A stretch of DNA of 64,000 nt from Rhodosorus marinus CCMP1338 (Eukaryota > Plantae > Rhodophyta). The notes below the pieces were generated by a model, which was not told the DNA's origin, did no database searches, and was given only the letters and a program-made list of their open reading frames with translations. The translations under genes were made by a program, and so were the position numbers. Where the stretch lies: positions 1,550,001-1,614,000 of the forward strand of contig JAMWBK010000006.1 of assembly GCA_029953675.1 (NCBI GenBank), read 5' to 3'. How positions within the stretch are numbered: position 1 is the stretch's first letter; each line of letters begins with the position of its first letter. Positions 34,422-48,685 of this stretch are shown here, piece after piece.

Positions 34422-37400
34422 ATGACGAAGGACGTAAGTGAGAAAGATAGGCGACAGTCGGAACCTTTTTGGTACGCCAAGGTTGCCGTGAGCAAGTGGT
34501 ATTGGGTGTTGGCCTTCTGCATAACAATTCCGGTGATTTGTGCCGGTAAGTTGTTTTTAGGTCAATGAGTTTTCTTTTTTTTTGTAGGGAACCGCTCACA
34601 GATCGTCTAGATGGCTGACACGGCGTCTCCCACTTTCTTCATTGATGACTTTGTGTTTTGCAGTTATCGTCGTGGTGACGGGATCGTTTGAGTTCGCGGA
34701 CCAGTCAGAATATGACTATTTGATCAGAGGGAATCCTATCGTTCAGGATGGCCTTGCACTCATCGACGCTCAAGAGAAGCTTTTCGTCGGAGATGTGAGC
34801 AACCTGCCGAGACAGAATGAGAAGTTTGCATGGACAACGATTGTTTACTTTCGCAACAAGAACGGGAACGCCTTGACTGCCGACTCGTTCAACCTGCAGC
34901 AGGAGCTGGAAAAGAATCAGATCATTACGTACGACGGGATCGAGACGTTTTGCTACCAATCCAACTATGAGTGCACGGAAACGGTACGGGCGGGAGTTCT
35001 CTATACTTTAATGGCCAGCTTGGGCTTGTATTTCTGACAGAATTCTCGATTACCGCCACAATGTTCTCAATGCTTAGATGCCGATATGTTCGCTACCCCT
35101 GACAGTTCTCTTGCAGCCTAGCTCCACCATGCCTAGTTTCTTTGGACAGGCTTCGGCTGATGGAAGCGTTTGTGCCTACAACGACAAGCAGAGTGTCTCT
35201 GCTGAGACAGTCAGTGAAACAGTTCCAAGTTGGTTTGAAGCAGATGGAAGCCTCTCTGGAGATTTCACGGACTTTGTCGGTAATGACGCAACAGCTTCCA
35301 ACCAGGTGACAGCCTTTGTGAAAACTACTCTGCGCATGGGAGCTCCACTTGAAGGCTATTCCAGCGTTGAGGACAGGGAGGATGAGCAGGACGACGAGTT
35401 CAACGAATGGTCCAAGGGATTCCAAGAGTTTGTTGAGGGCTTGGGGGGAGACACGTTCGAGATTCGTGTGTTCAGCACAAGCCTGTACAGCGCCACCCTC
35501 GCTGACCTCGCTTTCAGCGACTTTGTGTGGGTTTTGGGCTCGATTGCGTTTGTGCTGTTGTACATGTGTTACCACACGACCTCGATATATCTGGGTTTTA
35601 TGGGAATGTTACAGATCATCCTTGCCTTCCCGTTGACGTTCTGCATTTACAGGTAAGCTTTGGGCCTCGACTTTCTAGCGTGGGAAGGGAAACCCCGGAG
35701 AGTGGCTAAGCCTGTTGCTTCTTTACACTAGGCTCATCTTCCGAGTATCATTCTTCACGAACTTGCATTTGCTGGCAATCTTCTTAATCCTGGGAATCGG
35801 AGCTGATGACGTGTTCGTTTTCACCGATGCCTTCGTGCAAGCTGGAGGAGTGCTCGGAGAGAGCGTGGAGTTGACGAGGAGAATGTCCTGGTCATATCGA
35901 AGGGCTGCGAAAGCGATGCTTATTACGTAAGCTTGAAATTATTTTAGGGTAGACTGCCTTTTGCGGAAAGAGCAATGTTCTCAACCTTGAGTTCTCATTT
36001 TTCTCGTCCAGATCTTTCACTACCGCCATGGCGTTCTTTGTAACTGCAGCAAACAGTCTGATTCCTATCAGCGCCTTTGGCATATGGGCAGCGTCCTTGA
36101 TAATTTTCCAGTACGTGCTTTGCATTCTGATGTTCCCAGCGAATCTAGTGGTGTGGCAGAAGCAGTTCCGTTACCGCTATTGGAGAAAGTGCTTGAAGAA
36201 AGTGGACCCCTTCACTGGAGAGGTGGAGGGCACTGAGGCGGCACTAGGTTGGTTCTTCTACTGCGACGCGTTTTTGTATAGCTGGTATACTTTGGCATCC
36301 ATATTCCTAACTGATTACTGTGTTACGCCCAAATATCCCACAGAGCATCAGGCCACCCATATGGAGATGGAATCACGAGATGAAACTGCGGATATGCATG
36401 AAGCGACTAAGTTCTGCTTCTTTATACCGATCTCACAAGGACCAGATAAGTACGCGGAAGCCGAAGGCGGTGATGAGGACTTCAAGGGTTCCCGACCTCT
36501 GGAGAAGTTCTACCACAGCAATTGGTCTCCTCTTCTTATGCGCCTTCGCTACGGCACGATCATTGTCGGCGCGATCTTATTTGGACTCGCTGTATGGGGT
36601 GCCACGCTCCTCGAACCTCTGTCCACGGAAGAGGCCTGGATTCCTGAGTACGCAATTGCCAAAATGCCTATCTTTGGCCCACTTGAAGAAGGAGAAATTC
36701 ATCACCTCACTGACGAGTAACTTTTTTTAAAATTGTGCGGTCTAGTTGGCATCCAGCCCAACAGCCACTGGTGTGGGAGCGTGAGTATTTTGGGCTTCCT
36801 CTGTCCGTCACTATTGTTCACGGCCTCGACGGAGTTGATCAGTCGAATGTTGGTCAGTGGACCCCGGACGACATTGGCACCGCAATAGCCGATCCAAACT
36901 TTGATCTCGGGCCAGGTGCAAACCGAGAATTCCTCGTGCAGCAATGCGACGAGATAGGGGCAAACACGGAGCTGGTCCTATCGGTAGGACTGCAGTCCCA
37001 ACAAAGCGACAGCGAGTAACAGCCACATGCCCTGGAAAGCCCGCTAACGCTATTCGCTTACGTTTAACAGGGGGAGGACTCTGTGGAATGCTGGATTTGG
37101 GCATTCCAGGAATACCTGGAAGACCAGGGCATTCCAAGCGACACCGACTTCAACCAGCAGGAAATATACGACCAAGTCCAGAATTTCTTGACCGCATCCG
37201 ATCCAGAATATCCGGATGTTTTCCCAAATTCACTGTATGCCAGAGATGTCGGGTTCAACCAAAACGAAGGTGAACAACGGATTGTTTTCTCCACTTTCCA
37301 CTTTGTTTCCACTGCGAAGGATGCGTTGGGATATGAGCAGATGTATGCCATCTACGAACAGTGGGAGGCAGTCATGATAGATCAGAACGCGAGTAAGTGT

Positions 37401-38324
37401 CCTACCGGAATTGCTTTTACGTCTGCGAAGACACTTCCTGACCTGCTCGTTGAACTTCCCTTTGACACCTCGCAGAGGCCCCCGAAGGAGTGAATAACGG
37501 ATATCCAACATCGATATCATGGCTATTCATGGTGACGCAGAAGGACCTTGTGGATCAGGCAGTTCGCGGTCTGGGGATCACCCTCGCAGTCGCGTTTGCG
37601 GCGATCACCTTGTCCACGTTCAACATTCTCATTGGGTTTTATTGCATTTTCATCGTTGGAGCGGTTGTGACCTGCATGATTGCGTTCATGTACCTCTACG
37701 GATGGGCATGGGGAATATCCGAGTCTGTAGCGGTTGTGTTGATAGTGGGATTTTCTGTAGACTACGTTGTCCATATTGCTAACGCGTATGTGGAGAGCGC
37801 CAACACGAAGAGGTATAGGAGGACCAGAGATGTAAGTTCAATTGCGAACATGCCATGCTCAATTACCGAGAGCACAATGTACTGACCCGCTGGCTTCCAT
37901 TGTGCTCAATATGAAGGCCTTAACCGAGATGGGAATTTCAGTGTGTGCTGGCGCGATAACCACCTTTGGTTCTGGTGTATTTCTGATTGGTGGTGTAATT
38001 ATATTCTTCGACAAGTTCGGGATAGTGATGATGACGACTATTGTCTTGTCTTTGTTCTGGTCTACCATCGGATTCGCGACCATTACGATGACCGTTGGGC
38101 CGAACGGGAACTTCGGCTCGTACTGGCCGTACGTGGAGAAGCTCCTAAACAAGTGCAAGAATACACAGTGTTGTGCAGGCCGCAAGTGCAAGTGCTGCAA
38201 GGGCAATGACGACCTGAACGAGGACGAAATCACGGAAAAGGAGAACGAAAACGACGAGGAGGACAAGATCAATGCGGGCTACACGCAATCCCAAGTCATG
38301 AGGAGTGAGGTCAGCATGATCTAA
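34422..38324 (+). CDS. Patched/Dispatched-family sterol-sensing-domain (RND-type) membrane protein, multi-exon
   Basis: TM1 from exon 34422-34546 spliced to about 34674 (WYWVLAFCITIPVICAVIVVVTG). SSD: LAFSDFVWVLGSIAFVLLYMCYHT, FLILGIGADDVFVFTDAF, RAAKAMLITSFTTAMAF. Second half: IVGFSVDYVVHIANAY and EMGISVCAGAITT. Two large luminal loops. Confidence 0.92.
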
Positions 38325-39150
38325 CTGTTTCTTTTCACTTTACTATATGTACTTCTGAAAATAAATGTTATAGATGTATAAGAAACGGCAAGAAATCCAG
38401 TAGTACTCAGCAAGCATGCACTGTCAACAAGGAGTGAGCTGGACTAGTATCCATAAATCATCGTCAGTCGGAGAGGAGCTCAGCTTCGGCCTCGGCTGGC
38501 GAGGCTCCCCCGGAATGCGCTTGATCATAAAAAGCAGTAGCACATCTCATGGCACGAGGGCTCCAGGAAGACCTCGCGCTTAACAGGTATTTTATTCCCT
38601 GTTAGTGACCAGCCCGCTACTGTCGGTGGAGCATGCCTGTGGAGGCAAAGAGTCTGCCCAAACTGAAAGACAAAAAAAGACGAGAAGCATCTATGTCTGT
38701 CTGTCTTCGCCTTGGTAAGTCTATAAAACCCAAGCATGAGAATTTCGGTGAGGTAAAAAAGACAAAATGTCATCATTACGAGGATCAGTAGTTATGTCCG
38801 GCAACAGTGCCAAAATCCATGAGCAAAACCTCCATAAGAGTGGACAGCCTGCTGAAGCCACGGGCACTTCACCTGCACACAGTCCTCTCTGTCGACTTCC
38901 ACAAACTTTAGTAGCCTTAGTACTTGTTTGTAGCCATGACGAGGGTTAGTACACGGTACGAAGTAATGGTCGTGATCGTGAGCCGTGTGAGTGAACTTAG
39001 CTGAGGAAGAAGACGAATGGAATTGGTTCTCTGGCTGTTCAGCTGGTCGGATATGATTTCATACATTTTCGTAATGTTTTAGGAAGACGGAACAGTTTTC
39101 CTTTTTGGGTGTACGGCGTTTGAATGTTTGGGTTGTCCCTTTGAGGAGAG

Positions 39151-41230
39151 ATGAAGAATGAGGAGTTTTCCAAGTTAGTGAGCAGGAACGCCGGTGACCG
39201 GCAGCGGAGGTCTGCATCGGTCGGGGGTGAAGAGGAGCCGCTTGCTGGACAGATTGATACGAAGACAATTGTTCGGCGTGAGATTGAAAGGGATGAAGGG
39301 GAAAGGCGGAAGCATAAAGCTTCGAAGCGGAAGCATGAACATGGGAAGGACAAGGGCGACGGTAAGAAGGCAAAGCAGCAAGGGGGAGATTTAGATGATG
39401 AGCAAGGCGAAGATGTGAATGGAGACAAGTACAGAGATCGCGCTGCGGAGAGGAGAAGGGATAACGGAACTGCGACGGATGCAACCGACTTTTCAGCGCT
39501 CTCGCTTCGCCCAGAAGAGACTCAATTTCTCGGAGGCGATGCGGAGCACGCACACCTGGTCAAAGGGCTGGACTTTGCTCTGCTCAAGAAGATGCGGGGA
39601 AAAATTTCTACAGCGAAGCGGTCACCGGAATTTCCAAAACCAAAGCAGGAGGAGGTCCAAACGTATGCCGCATTTCTCACTTCCTCGTCTTTTTTACTAC
39701 CTACTACCCAAAACTCTAACGCCCACCCCTACGACCCACTATGTGAAAGCACAACCTACAGGACTACAGCAAAGGTTCGAACTGGGCTCGCGAAACGGCT
39801 CATGTCCGCACTGAAAGTCTTTGAAGCGCAGTCGCCATCAAATCTCAAAGCTAGTACTACAAGCACCACCGTGGACAGATTTCAACCGGGTCGGAACAGC
39901 TATATGTTCGACATCAAAACAGACATGCTCCAATTCGCCTACCAGATTCCTACTGGAATTCAACGAAGTCGAGCAGACTGCCCCGTCCCTCCGAGAAGAC
40001 TTAAAGTTACAATCGATGGCGAAACGGACCAAAAACTTCACAAGGTAAACGAGCAAACCAAGCCTTTCAAAATTCCCTTCATGAAGCGATTAGATTCGAT
40101 TCAGTCGATGGAAGGCTTGGACGTGGGCCGGAGCTGTTGACAAAGCAAGATGAAGCCGAATACTTCGGGTGGTTGCACTACATACACCAGTCGATGGAAC
40201 GCGCAATGAACGGATGGGTAGCAAATTGCGTCGAAGTCAATCGCACCTTGACTTGTGGGCTCTACGGACCCACTGAAGTCGCAGCCACTGAATCACCGAG
40301 GCGTCTAGTTTCCAAGCGCCGACGCTGAGCTAGACTCTAGATTTGCAGACGATGTTCCCAGAGAGACCCGATCACTATTCTGAACGGATTCTTGTGGAAA
40401 CTTGTTTTTCAATTTCGGACAGATTATGACACACGTAAGAGCAGGAACTGGAAGGAAGGTGGCAAGCAAGAAGAGACATCGCCCCTCCGCTGGATCTGAC
40501 CAGGTTACGATGGCGGGTCGACTTGTCGCGAGGGACTCGGAGCATGACAAGGGGTGTCCGAAATCAGAAAAAGGATCAGCAAAATCAGACATTGAAAGGA
40601 AGACTATAGTTGAACCCGTGCTGGAAGACACAGAGTTGGAGGCCAATGTCGGGGACTCGGTAGAGGTTGACCTTCGACCGGGTGACGAGCTCTTTCAAGA
40701 TTCGAAGACGGGGGTCCCGAAAACAAAATCGGCGGAGGAGCACGTGGTGGAGACTAGGACGGGGGGCTACTTTGGTGAAATCGTTCGAAAAGGGGTCCAG
40801 AATATCTCGTACGCTGCTTTCCCTCTCGTAGTTTGGGACGACGGAAAAATGCTGAGGACGTGAATTTTGTTTTTGTTTTCGCCGCAGGACAAATTTCACT
40901 GCTAAGGACTTGATAGAAGATCTCTTCGAGAAGAATAAGGAAGACACCCCAGTGGTCAGTGTAGAAGCGCCCGTTAAACTCGAAAGTGAAGACGATGAGA
41001 TAGCGGACGTCCAGCCCGGACTCGTTGCGATGGGACCGGACGTTCCTCGTGAGCATCAGAAAGGTGGCAGAAGTCCCGATTCGAACAAGCAGCCAATCGA
41101 GAACCGTAGCGCGAAGCCAGACAGAGAGATGGACAAATCGCGAGGTGGTGGCGGAGGAAAGTCTGTACTTTTTCGACGGAGCGGTGATCGAGTTCGGCGA
41201 TACGATCAGCACCGGGATGTAAGAAAATAG
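39151..41230 (+). CDS. IK: Protein RED/IK-like spliceosomal factor (RED N-terminal domain), multi-exon
   Basis: MKNEEFSKL start, KYRDRAAERR and TQFLGGDAEHAHLVKGLDFALLKKMR are hallmark RED_N motifs. Downstream exons 40402..40863 and 40910..41230 are less certain. Confidence 0.8.
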
Positions 41231-41917
41231 CCAGCGACAATCGAATTGGGCGAGGTCCTCCTCAGATGATACTGCTCCCCGATTTCCGCACTGCACATAG
41301 CCTTGCATATACGTACAAATATAAATATACATCTAAACACTTAAAAGACTTGGCAACTCCTGCTCGAGTGCTGAGTGCCCTGGCACACGTAACATAGATT
41401 GGGCTGTACACGAGCGCGGGCGGATGACTTCGCAATACCCCGTAGCTTTCCAACAGAGCTCGATACATTTTTACTACAATGATTTCTTGACGTAGGTGGC
41501 TTGTTCCCGCTCAATCAATCAGCCCATCCTTCCCAGCTCCATGCCGGCAACGCTCCGCGGACAGGTGTCGAGCCACATGTTCCGTCAGCGACAACTCCTT
41601 TTTTGAACCTAGCCACCTAGCGAACACCAGATTTACACTTCGTGGGGTCCGTACTAAAAAACCAAAAAACAGAGCTACCAAGATCCCCAGATCGGAGCAA
41701 TCACCATCTCTAGCTGGATTGTGACGTTTCATACCAAAAGTATATTCCAAACGCTGCAGCCCCACTCGAATCCTGATAGTTGTACACAGTGATTTGCGCA
41801 GCCCTTACTCAAGCCACAAAGATTCCGGGAGAAGACAAGGCACTTCGCGCTGAGTTGACAAAGGAAGTAGTCTACTAGATACTTGAAGCAGCAGCTAGCA
41901 ACGCATTTTTCGAAGTT

Positions 41918-43698
<1,781 letters not shown>

Positions 43699-44483
43699 TT
43701 TTCCTCAGCTGGGGGTAAAAACCAACACTATATGAAATCTGAAGTTCTCTTTCCTAACCCACTCCCCCTCGTCAAATCCTTTGCTACAGGCATAAATAAA
43801 CCCCAGTTGAAACCCAGATCGCTAAGCTCACAACAAAATTTCACTGAAGAGAAAGAAATCACAAAAAAGCAAAAAAAAAGTGTCAACTTCCCCAGACCAG
43901 CAGACACCACCAGCGCCAAGATTCTTAAAAACCTCTCATTACGGCTCTTACTTAACAGCCACCATACCTCTCAAGAAAACAAAAACCCAAAACCCAACAA
44001 CGGCCGCCCCAAAGATCTCGCTCCCCAAAACTACACAATTCGCAAAACCTTCCCGGGTCCCCCCCAAGGCCCTCGCCCCCGCCGTGCGCTCCGATCTTCC
44101 TCAAATCCTTCAAAACCAACTCCGTTCCTCACAAACAACAACAAAACATTCTCAACATTCCTATCCACAGATCCTCTCCCTCCCTCCCTCTCTCTCTCAC
44201 ACTAAAACCCTATCTATCCATCTACTTATACACTATCCCTCCCCTGCACACTCATAACTTATTCATCACAAAAGAAAACTAAAACCTACTCAATCCAATC
44301 CATACCCCCTTCAAATCTCACCTAACATTAAAAAAACATCCTCTCCCTTCCCCCTTCCTCCTCCATTATACCCCCTCCCCACCCAACCCCCCCCCCCCCT
44401 CCCACACAACCCTCCCTCCCTCATCCTCTCCCACTCCTCTCCCACCCCCTCCACAGAATGAACCAAAACAAACAAAGAGACAG

Positions 44484-44520
44484 TGTGTGTGTGAGAGAGA
44501 GAGAGAAAGAGAGAGAATTC
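44484..44520. repeat. (GT)n(GA)n microsatellite within a C/T- and poly-C-rich promoter-like region
   Basis: GTGTGTGTGTGAGAGAGAGAGAGAAAGAGAGAG. Confidence 0.8.
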
Positions 44521-46611
44521 TTGACGACCATTTCAGGAAACAAACGAGAAGAGCTAAGAAGCAAATATATCCAGTGGGGCCGGTCAGAAACTAGGGATAC
44601 CAAATAATTCCTCCACTTTTTTTAATTAAGTTCGAGGTGTACAAAGTATATACTGTATTATTAACTAGAAAATTCAATACTTATAATGATTGAACGTCTT
44701 AATTTTTTCTCCATAAATCAATTTTGTTGTACCGTATATATCGCTGTGTTGAGCGATGCAGGGGACCCCGGGGGGGGGGTGGGGGAGGGGTTGTTAAGTT
44801 GATTGTATGATCCTTTTTTTTTCCGCAGAGGAGATCTTGGCGAACTGTTTTTTTTGTGGTAGAGTTTTGTTAAATAAATTTTTTTTCATGGTTTTATCGC
44901 TTGGAAGAGTATATTTTTGATAAGTGCGGAGGTGGACTCGGCAATAATTGATTGAATATTCTTTTATTAATGGATTTTTTTTGCTGTTGCTGGTTGGGCG
45001 GATGGGAGACGGAAATAATCGCTGGATATCCCTCTTTTATAAAGAGTAGAATATGAAGAGTTTGGAGGAAAGAGATTTTTGATAACCTCTTTTTATGGAA
45101 GTGACCCACAAAATATACCTATTTTCTTCTTAATTAAGATTGTTTTGAAACCCGGAGTGCGATTTTCCGGGGGTTATGTATCTCAGTATCGTTGGATTTC
45201 TGGTATTTCGAACCCCTGGGTGCGGGCGCTGTGGACGATACGGAAGATCGATGAGATTGGGTCGGGGTGGAGGTCAAGTGTTTTTAGCTGATAGCCTGTG
45301 GATCTTTGTGAGCTTCGTATGAGTAGGGTTTGAGATGAGAGAAAACGGACAATTTGCATATTCTATGGGCGTAGCTGGCGTAGACTTCGAAGAGCGCGAT
45401 TCCAACAGGAATAGGGGAGTGCGAATCAGATCGGATCGGATCGGATCAGATCTGGCAGAGCTTATGCAGGGAAAAGGGTGCCGTGATGCACCTCCGGATT
45501 CTGGAAAACGGCCCCCTCGGTTCACTCAACTAGCATCCCTCGAAACCCCCGTGCAGATCTCCTGCTCATGAACTGCCGAGTCTTCTTCACCGTCGACGCC
45601 GGTACTTTCCCGTTTATATCTGCTAAGGATGTGTTACCCAAGGGCATAATACACATCAGCACGTCTCTCAGTCTTTGTGACCTGTCCGGGCTCCACCGTA
45701 CTTCAAAAATAAGGAAGCCCGGGGACGGTTCGTACACAACTGAATGTTCGACTCCACCACTTGCACTTCACGAACCACGGACCAGCGTAGTGTGAGAGGA
45801 GGCGCGTGGTGTGGTAGGTGGTGGGAGCAAGGCGCAATAGGAATTGACGATCGCAGGAACGCAATATTTTCATTTGCTCCTTCCACTCAAAGCAGTCGTC
45901 CTTCTCATCCAGTTTCCTATTGCGCTGTTGTCAGATTCTCTCGGGAGTGGGACAATCCACGGTTTCAGCCGGGAGGACCAATCACAAGAAAAAATGGGAC
46001 GATTTCCAGCGCTGTCTTCGAACAGCACGCAATCAAAGCAGTCTCGTTCCAAACCGCCTCTACACGCACTCCTTGCTCGACACTATATGTATCTGGCATA
46101 CGTGCATCTGGAGCGTGTCTGGTATCAACAGCCGCCACAATGAGCGCCTCTCTTCAGCAGGAATCACTCCCTACAATCCTCAAGGCCAAGCTCTCATCAA
46201 ACTTTGAAATGTCACATTATTCCCCCCTTTTGTTTCATCCTAAATCGACGGTGTCCCATTTTTCGGGTGTTGTCCCATGTCCCATAAGGAAATGTCCCAT
46301 ATAACTGTTTTTTTTGATGGTCAGAAAGGGTTTTTTCTGGCCTCACGGGAAAAGCCGGAGAAAGGCCGTTTGGAGATGGAGGAAGTGAAGGGTAAGGATG
46401 GTTACGATGAGAAGACAAAGGGAAGGAGTATCATTCTGTGCCGACTAGGTATGGAATGGAGGAGATGAAGTAAGGCGATCTGAGGCATGTGAAGTTCGAT
46501 CAAGAAGGTGGTTTGTTTTTTTTGGTGAATAGTTGCTTTTTTGAGAAGAGGGGCTTTCTTGGTGAAGAAGGGGATAGGGTTTGTGTTCTTTGAGGGGATA
46601 GGGGGACAAAC

Positions 46612-48087
46612 ATGGACGAAGGGAAGAATCCGTTAGTTTTCAGAGTGATGCGTTTAAGCGGGCAAGTGCCATCTAGAAGACCGCCGACGTCGCTGATCTG
46701 GGGACGGGCTGGTGGTGTGGAAGCGGGACTAGAGGAGAAATGGGAAGGAGAGGGTGTTAGATGCGGGGTTGGGACTTTTTCGACCCTGCCGTCTACGTTT
46801 GGGAATGTGTATGTTGGGGAACAGCTGCGGACTTGTGTAAATTTGTACAATAGAGGGGAGTTGGACGTTGTGTTGTCCAGGCTCAAGGTCGATCTGGAGC
46901 TTCCTGATGCGCAAGTTATCAACCTGTTCGAGTTGCCCCAGGAGAATGTGAATAATTACGTACTGGCCTCGGAAAACTGGCTTGAGAACGTGATCTCGGT
47001 GCGACTTGCTCACGCCGGTTTGCATGGCATAGTCTGCTACGCTGTTTTTTCGGACTATAGAGGAGAAAGCAAACCAGTGAAGCAGGTGTTTCGATTTACA
47101 TCCTTCTTTCCGGTAAAGGTAGGGCAAACCGTTGATCCCAGGCTCAGTTGTTTTCCTGGAGCTGGCTTTCCTGATCCAGCACATTTCAACAACCCTTTCG
47201 TTCAGGTGGCGCTGGGAAGATTGCCTCTCCCTGAGGAACCGCATTTAAGCCGCAATAAGTTCCTTCTGGATTTTAGATTGACGAGTTTAATGCCTTATTC
47301 GATGCACTTTCACTCAGCCGAGCTCTCTGCGGCGCCTGGGGTTGAAGCTGTGGATTTGAATCGAAACGAGAATGACAGCGCCGGTGACGAAACACCGGAT
47401 GTGTTCAGGTGAGCGGATTCTTCCGTCCTTCACTATCTCCAGTGAGTTTGATCTTTGGTCTGATGGTCAGTTCTTGTTCGGCTACGCCAGTGTAACTGAC
47501 GCCGGAACTTGTTCTGAAGACGTTGTGAGCTTCATGTTCCTGATTGACGTTAAGGACCCTTCTGTGGTTCGAACGGACAAAGGAAAGCTCAACTTGGGAA
47601 AGTTAGGCGTTTCCTGGACAGCCCAAGGTGGAGGAAAGGGACAACTCTCCAACATCGCAGCCGCTGTGGACGCCCCGAAGGCCAGGGATGAAGTTGAAGT
47701 ACGCATCTCAGCTGTTCCAACGAAAATCGAAGCTCACGTGCCCTTCGTCGCGATGTTTGAAGTCCGCAACAACACGCAGAATTCGATTCAACTCTATTTG
47801 CAGGTATCATGGAGATTTCTATGCTGAAACTCGTGCGAGAAAGATGACTGACATACTACTCCTTTCCGTTTTACGTGAAGGTCCGACGGGACAAAGTTGG
47901 TGACGTCGTGCCAGTCGGAGCCTCCGGAAGAGCATTAGGTCCGGTAGCCGGGCAATCGGCAACTACTATGTATTTCAGTCTACTAGCTTTATCTCCCGGG
48001 ACTCACCGTCTTTCGGGTGTTCGAGTTGTGGACATTGACTCTGGGAATACCTACTCTGCGGACGCTCCGCAAGTGGTTGCGGTGTGA
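46612..48087 (+). CDS. TRAPPC13: Trafficking protein particle complex subunit 13 homolog, multi-exon
   Basis: LVFRVMRL, TLPSTFGNVYVGEQLRTCVNLYN, QVFRF, LNLGKLGVSW..GGKGQL and LLALSPGTHRLSGVRVVD match the TRAPPC13 motif order. Confidence 0.85.
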
Positions 48088-48685
48088 TCAGCTAGCAGCC
48101 TTAATAAGCAGTTCTTCCATGTACAAAAAGTCTTCGTCGATTCACTCATCCAGCTTTTACCTACATGGTAATGGAGCATGGGCTCTGTTGTTCGGAGAAG
48201 TTGTAGATTTCCGTTTGCTAACCTTTAAAAGTTTGTAACTGTTGCCAGAGATATGAGTAAGATTAACAACGCCGGAACAAAACAAATAGCACATCGCGAG
48301 GTCCGCGACTAGTTAAGTTGCGAAGCGGGCACCAATTTCTGCACCTATCGCTCCGGGCTCCCTCGCTTCCTAACAGAGATCCAGTCTCACGCGCGGGACT
48401 ACCCAAACACTGGGTAGCACAGGCGGAGTCGACATTTGGCTCGACAATAACCCATCTCAACTCAAGCAGGTGACTCCAAAGACACTCTGCGCATGAGACG
48501 AAGACAGCGAAGTTCTCGGTAAAGGCTTCCCCCTGCCTTCCTGCCCTGTCCGAGCTCACAAGCGGATGCTGAAGTTTCCCGCGACAAAAATGAGGTCATA
48601 CTCGGCTCGAGTCGGTCGAGAGCAAACAAGGTATGGAAATCCGTTCTATCACAAGAGAAGAAGGCCCTTCCAGCTTGCCACCGTT

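Noticed and set aside
45744-46304. FGE-sulfatase-like motif RSVRGGAW in a 186-aa ORF
   Set aside because: It is an isolated short match without the downstream R..GFR motif, and the rest of the ORF is not protein-like.
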